Program-made: the position numbers and the translations under genes
Assembly (NCBI GenBank): GCA_024704765.1
Contig: JAKMXF010000314.1
Coordinates: 62,001 to 126,000 of the forward strand
Reading direction: 5' to 3'
DNA: 64,000 nt
Origin: Oopsacas minuta
Lineage: Eukaryota; Animalia; Porifera
Shown here: positions 23,257 through 36,150 of the stretch, piece by piece
Numbering within the stretch: position 1 is the first letter of the stretch
Layout: every line of letters starts with the position of its first letter
Notes under the pieces: generated by a model
The model's database searches: none
What the model was told of the DNA's origin: nothing
Seen by the model: only the letters and a program-made list of their open reading frames with translations

Positions 23257-26200
23257 TATAGCCTACTAAATATAAGGCCTAACAATAAAAGTGCCAGGTA
23301 TGAAGTATTAGCTGAAAGCATTTATATACATGGTTACTTTATTGTAGAAAAGGTGCATTTTTGCCTGAATAAATGTTTTGCAGATTTCAGAACATCAAAT
23401 TTTACACCAATAAATACTGAAAATTTTCAAGAATCCGTTAAAAATGGATCTAGTAAGCATTTATTTAGCAAAATATGTCATTCTTCGATACCACATAGAA
23501 CGTTAAATAGCGCATTTATCAACTCAAAGTGAATAAATGAAATGGTCTATAGATTCTTTTATACAAAATGTCAAAAAATTGTCATTCAAAAGTTGGCTCG
23601 TTGTTGAGTTAAGGTAGAGACCACGGATGGCAATATTTTATGAATATTCATTATAACTAAAAATTTGTAAAGTTATGGTAAAATCATACTAACCAATTTA
23701 TACTCTATACCCGCCTTCATATACACTTGTAATACATTTCGTTATTAAATAATTGAAGAGTATTGGGGAATAATTAATGACCATATATGGGCGTCGTCAC
23801 ATTGGTGAGAGATATCATATCAAAATGTATCGCAATGGCATGGGAAGTCGGGTAAATAGTATACATTGACTATTCTGATTTAACGATAATTTTAATGATT
23901 CTCGAATTATAATTGGGTCTTCATAAAAATTGTCATCCATGGTCTCCATCTTAACTCAACAACGAGCCAACTTTTGAATGACAAATTTTTGGCAACTAAT
24001 ATAAAAGGATCTATAAATCATTTCATTTATTCACTTTGAGTTGATAAATGCAATATTTAACGTTCTAGAAGGCATCAAAGAAAGATATATTGTACTAAAT
24101 AAATACTTACTAGAGACATATTTTTGCATTTCTAAAAGTTTTTACCATTTATTTGTGTAAAATTTGATGTCCTACAAAATGTAACACATTTATTCAGCCA
24201 AAAATGCATTTTTCTGCTATAAAGAAACTGTCTATAAATGGGGCGCCTGCATGAGTTCGAATTTGGACAGTTGCTTTAGTTCGACAGTAATTTCAGACAG
24301 TTACTGTTAGTTCGACAGTAATTTTATGCTTTTCATTGGCATTACTCGTAGCTGCGAATTATATACTATTATTATTACATTGAAATTTGTAGGTATTCTT
24401 AAGGTTATATCGGATATCATTTCGCAATACCTTGAGGTCTTAACCCAGTTACAATGTTTTATCGATTAGTATAAATAATACATAATAATATGATTATCAA
24501 ACAACTCCATGGAATACAAATTCACAGATTATCGACGCCAGAACGGAAGGATTTTTAAACTCCAGATGGTCATAAATATTACAAGCATATAGTAAGTGAA
24601 AATAATGTTTATCTAAGATATGTTCTTTTCAGAAATGGATGTAAAGCTACTGCGGAGTTAAATCTAGTCTCAAATCTAATCACTCCTGCTTTAACCTTAA
24701 TCATGGCATCATAGAATATCAGTCTGATGCCTATGAATTAAAATCAAAATGTAAGAATCGTGCACGGAACTCGCAGGATAACCTTAGAAAAATTTCGATG
24801 ACATAACTCGTGAAGGTGCTGTAGCGTTTCATGTGTCGTTTACTGAATGCGAATCCTCAATGTATCGTTCGTGGAGACAATTGCAACCAAAGATTCCAAC
24901 ATCTCCTGCAGAATTTTCTGATATGTTGCCAAATCCAACATATGAAGCGTTTTATAGATGTACTGTCTCTATCAATGACCACACGGCTATTATAGTTTTT
25001 CAGATAATATCCGAACATTATTACCTCGAATACTCAACATCCAGTTTGATGGAACATTTTATACCATTCCAGTCCTTTTTTTCCAGCTTTGGACTATATT
25101 TCTGACTATTGATCGACATGCTTTACCGGGCATACACTGTCTAATCACTGGTAAGAATGAGAAACTATACGAAGCAATACTAATTCACATACATCAGATT
25201 CTACCCGAACTTCAACCTACTACATCCATGTCCTATTGGGAAGCTGTTCCTCATAAGGGTCTGAAAGAAATCTTTCCTAAAATAAAACTGTTTGGATGCT
25301 AGTTTCATTTTAAGCAGCGAGTATGGTATAAACTCAGAAACTGGAACTTACAGAGAGTTTTAAAGATAATATAGAAGTTGCAAAATATATACATCAATTA
25401 ATAAGCATTCCGTTTCTTCCAGCTAATCTCATCCATCCAACCTACATACTACTTCAATTTCCTGCGACTATAATCATACCTACAGAAGCAATGAAATTGG
25501 AGAAACTAAACAAATACTTCAAAAAGAGATGGATAACCCATGTCAACCCAGAAGAATTATCAATTTTGGACTCAAAATTTACGACAAATAATGGAGCTAA
25601 ATCTTACCACGCAAGGCTTAAGGATAGAGCTAGGGCTAATCACCCCAGAATATGGAGTTTTATGACTCATATTAATGAAATAATAATTGATACAGATAAC
25701 GAATTTGGGAGGCTGTCCCTGGGTAAGAATATAACAAGACCGAGAAAAAAGACAAACTTTCTAACTGATGATCGCCGTAGTCGTTGTAAACAAAAATTTC
25801 AATCCGGAGGCCATATCCCGTGGGAATATATAAATGCAGTAAGTCAGACCATTGGAAATATTCGCGATCCAGAAGAGGAAGTGGATTTCTCAGACTGTTC
25901 AGAAGATTCAGAAACAGATCATATTGATGATGATGATAACAACCACTAGAAATGTGTCGTTTGTCTAAATTCACGAACAACCACTTAGATCTACCTACCT
26001 TGCAGACATGCCCAGTGCTGTATGGACTGTTGCAAACAATCGAAGAACTTGGACAATCGTGTCCCATCTGTCGGTCTCCAATAGAAAGGAGCTTTGAAAT
26101 ATTTACCAATTAGCTTCATTATTGACACATTCATAAAATAGTCAACTATTTGTTTAGGACTCATTAAATTATTTCCTAATAAAAATAGATTCTGCCTTTT

Positions 26201-26454
26201 GGTGTAAACAACGAAGGTCGGCCAAAGTCTTTCTCCAGCTAACACCAACTAACTGAAATTACTGTCGAACTAACGCCAACTAACTGAAATTTACTGTAGA
26301 ACTAACGCCAACTAACTAAAATTACTGTCGAACTTACACCAACTGTACAAATTCGAACTAATGCAGCGCTCCCCTATGAATGCTTTCAGCTAATACTGTA
26401 TCCCTAGTGCCAAAATCTCGAGATACTGTCAGGCCTTATGTTTAGTAGGCTATG
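23257..26454. mobile_element. Non-autonomous P-family foldback (~1.06 kb without its insert), right arm interrupted by a MULE
   Basis: Termini TATAGCCTACTAAA / TTTAGTAGGCTATG; perfect 7-bp TSD CTTTGGG (23250-23256, 26455-26461); ~390-bp arms; shares CCTAC..TAAGGCCT and CATCCATGGTC motifs with the P element at 31896. Confidence 0.8.
24241..26373 (+). mobile_element. Mutator-like (MULE) transposon with a decayed transposase (24509-26113) ending in a RING finger
   Basis: TIRs GGGCGCCTGCATGAGTTCGAATTTG / CAAATTCGAACTAATGCAGCGCTCCC with TTAGTTCGACAGTAA subrepeats; 9-bp TSD CTATAAATG / CTATGAATG; FDGTFYTIP, GC*FH, TNNGAKSYH; terminal CVVC..LPCRHAQCCMDC..CPICR. Confidence 0.88.
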
Positions 26455-27635
26455 CTTTGGGATTGTCAAAATATCACACGATTAACCACTAGTTAGCTAA
26501 AATACATGATAGAAGTTTGATCTTTGAATCACAGGTACCCCTCAATGTGACAAATGTCTTGAGGTGATGGCTTTGACCAAATGCAAACTCATAATGAAAT
26601 GATTACGTTATATGAAGGTACAAAAATACAATCTCACAAATTTTGGTAGGTTTTGAGAGGTTTATGATACTCGAGGCAAGAAGTGCACAGATTACTAACC
26701 AAAATTCACGTAGCTTCTCAAGTATTTCCAGAGTATGCCATTTAATGGAATTAGAATGGATAATACAAAATCAAAATGTCCTCAAAAAATTAACCTTGAG
26801 CCATGTAGTGTCGAGTATTATCCTGTCGCATCGCGACCAAAAGCATCAAGAAATGTAGCTGTTTAATACATAAGCTAACCGGGGGCCCTAGGTTGTCGCG
26901 CAGCAATTAAGCAAGCGAAGCGGGCTATTATAAGACAAGTGTGTGAGCACCCCTGCCAGTTTCCAAAAGGTTTTTCTAGAATTATTACTGAATATTTGAT
27001 AAATTTAGTCTTTTCATGTCTATGTATAAATTGAGAAGTGTTTCTCCAATATACAATTATTGAACTTGTATATAATTTGAATGTGAAGTAAATGAAGCAA
27101 ACAATATTGCATAATTTTGGATATATGCAATTTTTAGTTGAAAAAGTTTTAAGAAAATATTCAACAAGTATACAAGTTAACATTTCGCATAAACTCCGCC
27201 TAAGCCAGATGAAAAATGGCCGTTTACCTTCTAAACTAGTCTTTACTGATTCATTGTATATTCTTAACCTAAATAAGTTCAATTCGGAACAATTAAGGCA
27301 CAAATTTACTTCTTTGGAAGTAATACAACTTGTCTCCCATTTTACTGTGAAGATTATGCTTTAGTATATGGAGTATTGTTTAGTTACGTAATCGCTCTGC
27401 AGCCGACCCCGTTTTGATTAAGAGCTGAAATTATTCAAAATGTTGACCATGTATTTGCACCACGATTTTGATCTGGCTCAATTTGACACTTTTGTGCTAC
27501 TTTAAATTTCCCAATGAAATATTTTCTTATCAGCAATTTAATCTGTGTGTATGCCGAGGATTGATCTGAATAAACTGGAAGACACCCTGGTCTAAATTTG
27601 ACAGACAGGGTATATTGGTCCTTAGCTGCGACAAT

Positions 27636-28384
27636 TTCGAGTCTTGGACGAGAATTCTCACCTATGACGAAATTTATACGTAATTGTCACCTTTTTGAAA
27701 TTTAGAAATATTTCACAATAATAGCAACTGTTCACCAATGGGATACAGACTTTTAATGAAGGACTTTCGTGACTAGACATTTGTGAAAGGGACTATCCGT
27801 GACATTAACAAAATAGCTTTACGCTGTACACATGAAACAGGTAGCCAAATCTTATTCTAAAACTGTTATTGTCATCAAATCCATTTATAATTATAACTAG
27901 CGCGCAGCGACAACTTAGAGCTCTGGTTAGATTAAGTACTTAGCAAAACCTTTTCTTAATTCTTTTGGTCGCTACGCGACGAGATAAATTCAATACTTCG
28001 TGCCTCGTGTAAGTAATACAGGAGAAAATCTAAGATATTATATCCATGTTCGATCCAAATTACATTCAATGGCCTTCTGTGGTGGCACTGGAGATGTTAT
28101 GTCGCTTATGGTAGTAATATCGGCACGTTGTGCCTCGAGTATTGAGAAATTCTGAAAATTTTTACAATTGAATTATTTTGATTGTTTAGTGCAGACATGA
28201 TGACTTAATAATCCCATAATGATTTAGCTTTTGGTCAGAATAATGTCGTCAGGATATTTGTTTCGTGGAGGGGTACCTGTGATTCATTTTCAAATTTCTA
28301 TCATGCATATTGGCTGAGCAATGGTAACTAATGTGATTTTTCGTAAATTTCGTCATAGTTGTAATTTTACTTCCAAGACTCGAA
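27636..28384. mobile_element. MITE with TTCGAGTCTTGGA..CTATGACGAAATT termini; a second copy begins at ~23193 and hosts the P-like foldback
   Basis: Inverted termini at 27636 and 28345-28384; the same left terminus at 23193 resumes after 26461. Confidence 0.6.
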
Positions 28385-28879
28385 CTTGTCCGGGCAGGCC
28401 CAAATTACCCCTGTAGTCAAAAGATCACCCCTGAGTTCTCTATTCTCTTCAATTAATTCTTGACATACAAACATACATATAAATATATGTACATATGTAA
28501 ATATTGATTAATTGCTTGTGAATATTATAGATAAGCATATGACTAAACTAATTTGAGATTGTTCATTCGTTGTTCACGTACATACTTATATTCTTGCATG
28601 AGTTACAGCTCATTTTCTTCCACTGATGATAGTACATCAGATAACGAGTATATTCTCCCCAATCCAGAATGTTCAATTCACGCAAAATATATATCTGAGG
28701 ATACCCACGATTTGTCGTCTGGTCCATTGCCATTATTTTCAGGTTCACGCAAAGAAATTGTCAATTTTTCAGATAGGTTTTCGGCTGAACACTAAATTAT
28801 ATCCACTCATATTTCATTTCCATCTGAATCTCAAGGCGATGAAGTCGGTCAATCCTTCATCGACTGAATCATCTTTGGT

Positions 28880-29990
28880 GAACTTTGCTCTTAGAAGGCG
28901 GTTTTACTGACACCAGACACGGAGTTAAAGGAGAAGTTACTCATGACACTATGTTCTAAGAAGATATTGCATAGCAAGATTTCACAAGAAGGGAAACAAT
29001 GTATTGTAGGAAAGACACACATTCTCATGAGAATAATTCTCATATTTTCTGCACCAATCAGGCAAAAACTTGAATTAAACAGTAGAATTGGGAAAGTCAG
29101 GAGCCAACGCATTAAATCATGACAACTTGTATTGGTTATTTGAGCGAATAATCTGCTGTCCATCTGACTAAACTCAATACCTTGAAGAAAACTATAGTTA
29201 GGAGTAGAAATATGGCTATATCACTACAGCATCTCGACATTCTAGATAAATATACTAGAACAGATAAATATGAGCGTTTTCTGCTATGCGATTCTTGTGT
29301 AGAGAGTGGAAGTAGGAGGATTGTCCTCATTGGAACTGAGACCAACGTGAAACTACTTTCTAAAGAAGCTATATGGTTAGTGGGCCTTTAAAACAGTTGT
29401 TAGAACACTACCTTGTTTCATCAACTACATGTCATAAATGAGTTGGAAGGAAGTCCAAATGTAATTCTCGCTGGTCATTCTCTGCCAAGTTTGTACGTTT
29501 TGTTACCGAAAAAGAACGAGAAAACTTTTGAAATAATGTGGAAAAGCTACATAATTTATGTCAGACTGCTTGCCTAACACATCTACTCGTAGATTTCGAG
29601 ATTGCCTCTATCAACGCATTCGTAGAATATTCACCTGCCATAAAGGTCTGACGCTGTGTTTTTAATTAATGTCAGAATATTTGGCGCAAGGTTCAACAAG
29701 TGGGATTCGCAGCAAGATTCATGCAAGATATCGAATTTGCAATGAATTCCGAAAGCTACCAGCGCTATCGTTCGCAACTCCTACTGACATCCCTGAACTT
29801 TTTAATAATCTTTTCTTGCAACTACCAGTTGAAACGTACGATTTGGGATTATATTTTGAAGCTACCTATATTGGCAGACAAATCGCAAACTCTGCATAAT
29901 GTATTCACCATTATTTAGATTGGATATGTAGAACAACCACTACACTGTTCAGCACAGACTACCAAGGACCAATAACACTGAAGCATGGGC
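28880..29990 (+). pseudogene. Second MULE transposase remnant (FLYWCH-like N-terminus)
   Basis: LLLEGGFT..HSHE, LKKTIVRSRN, ERFLLCDS, GHSLPSLYVLLPKKNEKTF, LLVDFEIASINAF, LCQNIWRKVQQVG, RKLPALSF, YFEATYIG, LPRTNN; no ends located. Confidence 0.8.
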
Positions 29991-31895
29991 TTATAAACAT
30001 AGGTGTGAGGGAGATTAAAGCCCTAATATTCAGGGAGGCTATTGAAATGCTAGGCACTCAGGTACACCCTCCCTGACAAATGGAAGTTACGCCGTCCATG
30101 GTAAAGTATAATTAATCAAACTCACACATCTACAACAAAATTCATGGGAACTAAGGAAATAATCAAAATTCCAAGGAAATATGATATAGACATTCCACAG
30201 CAAAAGTACTTCAGATGGTGCCCAAATTTCTAGGTGGTATATCTCCAAGGGGGCAGAGCCCCCTTGTCACGAAAATTGGCCCATTGAATAGACATTTGTA
30301 GTAAAGACAATTTTATAATTCATGATGCCATTATCTAGATAATTTGCTTGGAGTGGCTTCTACAATTATGATGGAAAATCTATAAATTTATCCCGAAGGA
30401 TGTCAACTAAATTACCAAATTGGTTTACCAAGTATAATATTGAATACATACGCAATTGCACTCCTATGGGCTGTACAAAAGTAGAAATTTAGTAATTTTC
30501 AAAAATTGAGACTAGTTAGTGTATATACTTTCTTAACATATTCGTATCTAGTTATTGATTGTACTCTCTTACATGTTGTAGGTGTGGGACGGACTTTAAT
30601 TGATTACATCTGAAGTTTGAATCTAGTAATGAAAAGGAATACGAAAATTCACCACTTTGTACTAAATAATTCCAGCACAGAAACGAGATTTTTGAGGGGT
30701 TAAAATCACACATTCTCACGGAAGTATTCTATTAATAGAAATTCAGAGACGAAGCTTATGTTCTTTCGAAGAAATTCAATTGAAATAAGCCCTTTCTTAC
30801 CTAAAACCTCGCCAAATGGGACTCGTTTTGTAATTTTCCTAGAAATTAGCAAAAGTATATTTATTGCATTAGAAATATAATAGAAAAATATTGTTGGTAT
30901 TCGTTAACGAAACTGGGCTAACTCATTGTTCATTTTCAAAAACTTGCAAAACCCCGGATTCATCTGGTATATTTTCCGAGTTTTTGACATATAATACTGC
31001 CGGGTTTCATTCATCAATTATGGCACCTAACTAAGATTTTCATGTTTATCTAGCATTTATAGCTGTGGGATTGGTTTATCTAATAACCCGGATAAATCAA
31101 TTCCACCGGTACTAGCCCCTCATAACCCAGTGCCCCTTTGTAATCTCTTTGTATCCTCATCCTATGGTGAAATATCCTGGTGACCTCCCTAAAAGGGACC
31201 TAAATTTCACCAGGTGCCCTGAAAATTTGGATAAATTTCAGATTTATAGACGTAGAATGATCTTCGCACACATTACATAATTTCCCCATTTTCATGTGTA
31301 AATGGCTCGATACTTGATGTTTCATTATGAAACGTTATGCCGATACATAAATTCAATATATCAATGAGATTAGTACCAATATACTTTCGTACGTATATTC
31401 AAATATATTAATAAGCACTATCTTGATCGACCAGGAATATAGTCTCACCGGGCTGCTCAACTTGGATTAAAACCGGGATCGAAATGAATGATGTTGCTAC
31501 CCTTGCAGGGGCGTCGCAAATAATCAGGCCAGTCAGACCATGGCCTGATCACTTTTGGCCTTGGTTTACTCAATTGTATGGTCCGGGAGTGATAAATTTA
31601 CAAAGATCAAGCCATTGGCCTGTCCGCCACTTCAAACCTTCAGCAGCTCTTGCCTTAGAATAACATGTGTTTCTAATCGGGGGTTTACTATAGCAAGGAG
31701 AAATATACTTTGTCCACGGAGTGAAGAATGGGAAGCTATAGGTACAATAAAAATTGTAGATTGGTAGTGTTAGTTATAGCATTTACTTCAACATAAACCT
31801 AAAATTGTATAAAAATAGAACCTTCCATTTCAGAAAGAATCTTTTCGAGTACTTGCAGTGCTAAATAAAAGTTCATTTTTAGAATTTAGTTTGTT

Positions 31896-34800
31896 CGTGA
31901 CCTACGTTATAATAAGGCCTGTTCACTAGTGCGATTTTTTGGACCATGGATGTCGTTTAAGTCCATTAAATTTTATTTCAAATAATCATGTATTTGATGT
32001 TATTCACCCAAATCGTGAACTTAAAAATTGTTCTTAGGCGATTTTAAAGACCATGGATGTCGTTGAAGGCTTGTAAAAAAGTATTTCTTAGAAACCCATA
32101 ATATTTATATTAATTTATGAATCAACCTTTTTGTTACATTCAATTTATTGAAACAATACATTTACGTACTCACTACCCATTGTACCTTGCCCTCTTGTAC
32201 TTTTATCCTAAGTTGTTTAGACAACTTAGCTTTTATCTCTGTAATGCCGCTCTCCACCCTGTTCTATCAGTTATGTGCATTTCTTTAATCTACCTCTCGA
32301 TTTCTCCTTTTTATAGTTTCAATTAGCTTGTCATGCCCAACACGTGTTCTGCCCCCGGATGTCGAAGTAATTACGCAGGAGAACCTTATACTCCAGTCTT
32401 TAAGTTGTCAAATGGTCCACCTGATCTTGTCAATCGTTGGCATCGAGCGCTCTGTGGAGAAGGTATCAGAGACTTAAAGAATGTGTTTGTGTGCTCAAAA
32501 CATTTCCTCGACGAAGAAATTCAGACCAGTTTTTCTATCCATCAACCAGATGGAACATACTTAGAAGTACCAGCTAAGCCTAAATTGCAGAAGGATGCAG
32601 TGCCAAGATTTCTACCTGGATGTCCACTTCATCTCTCTTCGTCATCTGACACCATACCTCCGAGATTTGATTGATCTTTGAGAGAACAGCATTTGATTGA
32701 TACTGCAATAAATGAGAGTCTATTACAGTATAACCAAGACAAAGAACTTTTTCAGATTACCACACTGGAAGACTTGGTATCCAAAACGAAGCACTCGGGT
32801 TTGCCTAATCATTGGTTAGTTTGGTCTTCTGATGATAATTCCTTTAATTTACTCAAACCTTCTATAACGAATAAGTTTGATTGCAATTAGATGCTCGTTA
32901 ACTATTACCGAAACATTACATACTATGGGTTTCTACGAAGGTATGCACATTCCTCTTTCTCTCACTCAAATAAATGATATTCGTCAACTTAACGATTTGC
33001 TTAAAGAAATTGAAAACCATTCTGCCCCTACTAATTCTCCTGAAACATTCCAACACCATGTCAGAGAAGCAACCGGAAGCATTCGTAAAGCTATAGACTC
33101 CCTTTCAACTGGAGAAGAATCTGGAAACCAACAGCCTCTATTATCAAGTCTTCAGTTTATTCTATGCCAATTGGATAACGCTTTGATCGCGAAAACTATG
33201 AGGCGATACAACATCGAAATTCTTGTCTTGTCCCTCAAATGCCAGCTTATCTCGCTAGTTTGTTATAGATATCTTCAATCCCTGGACTGTCTATCATTGC
33301 CACACCTTTCTACTCTAAAGCGCTTATATTCCAATTTTGGTTTGGATTCTGAGTTTACCAACTATCTCAAACAATCAGTCACTCAGTTTAACAAATGGGA
33401 ACGAAATGTAGTGATTCAGATGGATGAAATTCATGTAAAATCCACATTTACATACAAAGCAGGTAAGATAATTGGATCTTCTTTGAATCCTACTGATCCT
33501 GCAAAAACCGTTTTTGCCTTCATGATATCAAGTTTGTCCAAACGATGGTCCAGTATTGTCCGTTTACTGCCCTGTTCCAGCTCATCTGCTGAGGTACTCT
33601 TTCCTATCATCAAAGATGTTATTCGTGATGTTGAAGCATGTGGACTTTCTGTACACGTTTTATGTACTGATAATTACCCGATGAACGTTAACATTTTCAA
33701 GTTATTTTCTCCCAGCCGACTTCTCGAGCATATTGTTCCTCACCCTATGGACTCAAACCGGCCATTGTTTTTGCTTTTTGACTTCGTTCATATAATCAAA
33801 TCGATACGTAATAACTGGCTAAACCAAATAGATTATAATAAAACATTCACTTATCCAGATTTTGAGAACATACAAGTTGCGAGCACTGCAGTTTTCGAAG
33901 AAATTCGCAAATTATATAAAAGTGACCAACACTCTGTTGCTAAATTAGCTCCAAGATTAACCTCTAAAGCTTGTTGGCCTTCCACTTTAGAACGACAAAA
34001 TGTTTCTTTAGCTTTAAGGATATTTGATGAATCTACAGCCGCTGCATTAAACGTTAGCTACCAATCGCGATACCACACTTCTACAAATTCACAGACTGCA
34101 GACTTTATTACCATTATTTGTAATGTTTGGAAGATATTCAACATCAATACTCCGAACAAGGGTATCCTTCACAAAGATGAATTTTCAGTTCCACTTACCT
34201 ACAATGATACCAGATTTATGTTCCTTCAACGTGTAGTTGATTGGGCTGAATGTTGGCGAGTCATGCCTGACAAAAGAGGTAAATTAAGTCCTCAAACCTT
34301 TACAAGTTTCCGTCACTCTTGTATTGCACTCCCGTGCATTGTAAACCATCTGGCTGGAAATTGTGGCTATTCGTACGTCCTTTCTTCGTTCTTGCAAAAT
34401 GATCCACTTGAGCATCATTTAGGCTTGTATAGGATGATGTCAGGAGCACAATACCACATTGGCTATTGCCAGGTCCTTGAAACAGAACGGAGAATAAAGT
34501 TGTCCAGCATACTCAAATTATTTTCGAAAAAGCCTGTAGAAGATAGCATATCACTTAAGAACTTCTTAGAATCGTGCTCATCCTCTTGTGACCAAGACTC
34601 CCATGCGTCTTTCAGCTTGGAGATGTATCTCTCGGCGATTCAGGGATATTCAGGGATAGAATTAAACAAGCAAATACTCCAATCACTCTCCTTTATAGCA
34701 GGCTACTCAGTGCATGCCTATTACAAACATTCTACTAAATGTCAATCATGTCTCTTATTCCTCACTGAAAACAAAGAAATGGAAATTGAAGAACCTTCAG

Positions 34801-35520
34801 ATTCTGAATATCGATTAATTCAGATAATCGACCGAGGCTCACTAAAATGGCCAAGTAGTGATGTCATAGACGCAATTATTACGCTATGGAAAGTATTCTC
34901 TTCTATCGAGAGTCAACCAAGCATATTCAATAACTTTATAACCGGTCCTTCTAGAAGTATCCTGATACAGTTAACAACAAGTCTTATAGAAGATGAACAA
35001 GCTGAAGTATGGAGAGTGATGTGTGACGAATGTGGTACACTCATGTGGGATGTATTAGCTAAACTATCGACTGCTACTTTAAACTGTCTTATGTCAAATA
35101 AGATTAAGAACATGAATTCCCAGCTACCCTTGGAACCGTGTGTCGAAAATACTCGAAAATTAAAGAAATTGAAGCCTAATTAACTTATCACATACCACTT
35201 TAATATACGTATCTTTTATTATTTTGTACTATTATCAGGCACTCACTATTTGAAATATGCTTAGTATTAAACCCAATATTATTTTCTCTCATGGACTAAC
35301 ATTTTAGTTAATTTTCTCTAACTATAACATTTATTGTAAAAATAAGGACTTAAATGCATCCATGGTCTTCAAAATCGCCTAAGAACAATTTTTAAGTTCA
35401 CGATTTGGGTGAATAACATCAAATACATGATTATTTGAAATAAAATTTAATGGACTTAAACGACATCCATGGTCCAAAAAATCGGACTAGTGAACAGGCC
35501 TTATTATAACGTAGGTCACG
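31896..35520 (+). mobile_element. P-element-family DNA transposon, full length
   Basis: Near-perfect ~165-bp TIRs CGTGACCTACGTTATAATAAGGCCTG; perfect 7-bp TSD GTTTGTT (31889-31895, 35521-35527). Confidence 0.95.
32333..35183 (+). pseudogene. THAP domain plus P transposase (THAP9-like), ~950 codons, one TGA (32672) and one frameshift (~32877)
   Basis: THAP: MPNTCSAPGC..FKL..RW..VCSKHF..LQKDAVP; catalytic region IQMDEIHV, CTDNYPMN, FDFVHIIKSIRNN, RQNVSLA, QNDPLEHHLG, RGSLKWPS. Confidence 0.93.
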
Positions 35521-35667
35521 GTTTGTTTAATAACAATGTTAATTCATTCAATTAAACAAATATGTAGTCGATTCTCTGGAACATCAATATTTACCAGAAC
35601 CTGGACTCTAAAAACGGTCTGGATTTCCCGATAACGAGAATACCAGGATTTGCGTCGTTTCCTAAAG

Positions 35668-36150
35668 AAGCGGATGCATTGGTCAGAATTTGAGGAGTAT
35701 GCATTTGTCAGACAGTTGTATGTACTTGTCAGGCAGATGTGTTTGTCAGAATTGGGTAGCACACGTTTGTCCAAATATAAAGTAGTCAAGCACTGAATAA
35801 TATCCAGGACCAGAAATAACAATCATCCGACGCGAAACTGTTAACTAATTAGAAATAGTACAATACACGAAATTAGCGATTAGAAACACCAATCGTAACC
35901 AATACGATAAAATATAATTCACCAAGTAGATATCTATTCAAAATAAACCAATCAACAATCAGGAGGCGTTCTGTGCTCCGAACAACATCCAAGACCAATA
36001 CTGATACTAATTCGAAGCAAAGGCTCTTCACAAAAGTAAGAATCGTGAGCAAAAACACATAATCAGCAATTAGAACATGTCTGACAAATTCATATTTCAA
36101 AAATTCTGACAAATGCAATAATTTTTGTTTGACCAATGCAGCGCGCCCCC
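35668..36150. mobile_element. MULE-like MITE (degenerate)
   Basis: Inverted ends GCGGATGCATTGGTCA / TGACCAATGCAGCGCGCCCC with TTTGTCAG subrepeats; TIR resembles the MULE at 24241; no TSD found. Confidence 0.45.

Noticed and set aside
26270-26345. Short spaced repeats (ACTGTCGAACTAACGCCAACTAACT) resembling a CRISPR array
   Set aside because: No unique spacers; these are MULE subterminal repeats mirrored at 24275-24325 in a eukaryotic context.
28553-28795. Possible EnSpm/CACTA N-terminal fragment (PLFSGS)
   Set aside because: A single weak motif with no downstream transposase or CACT termini.
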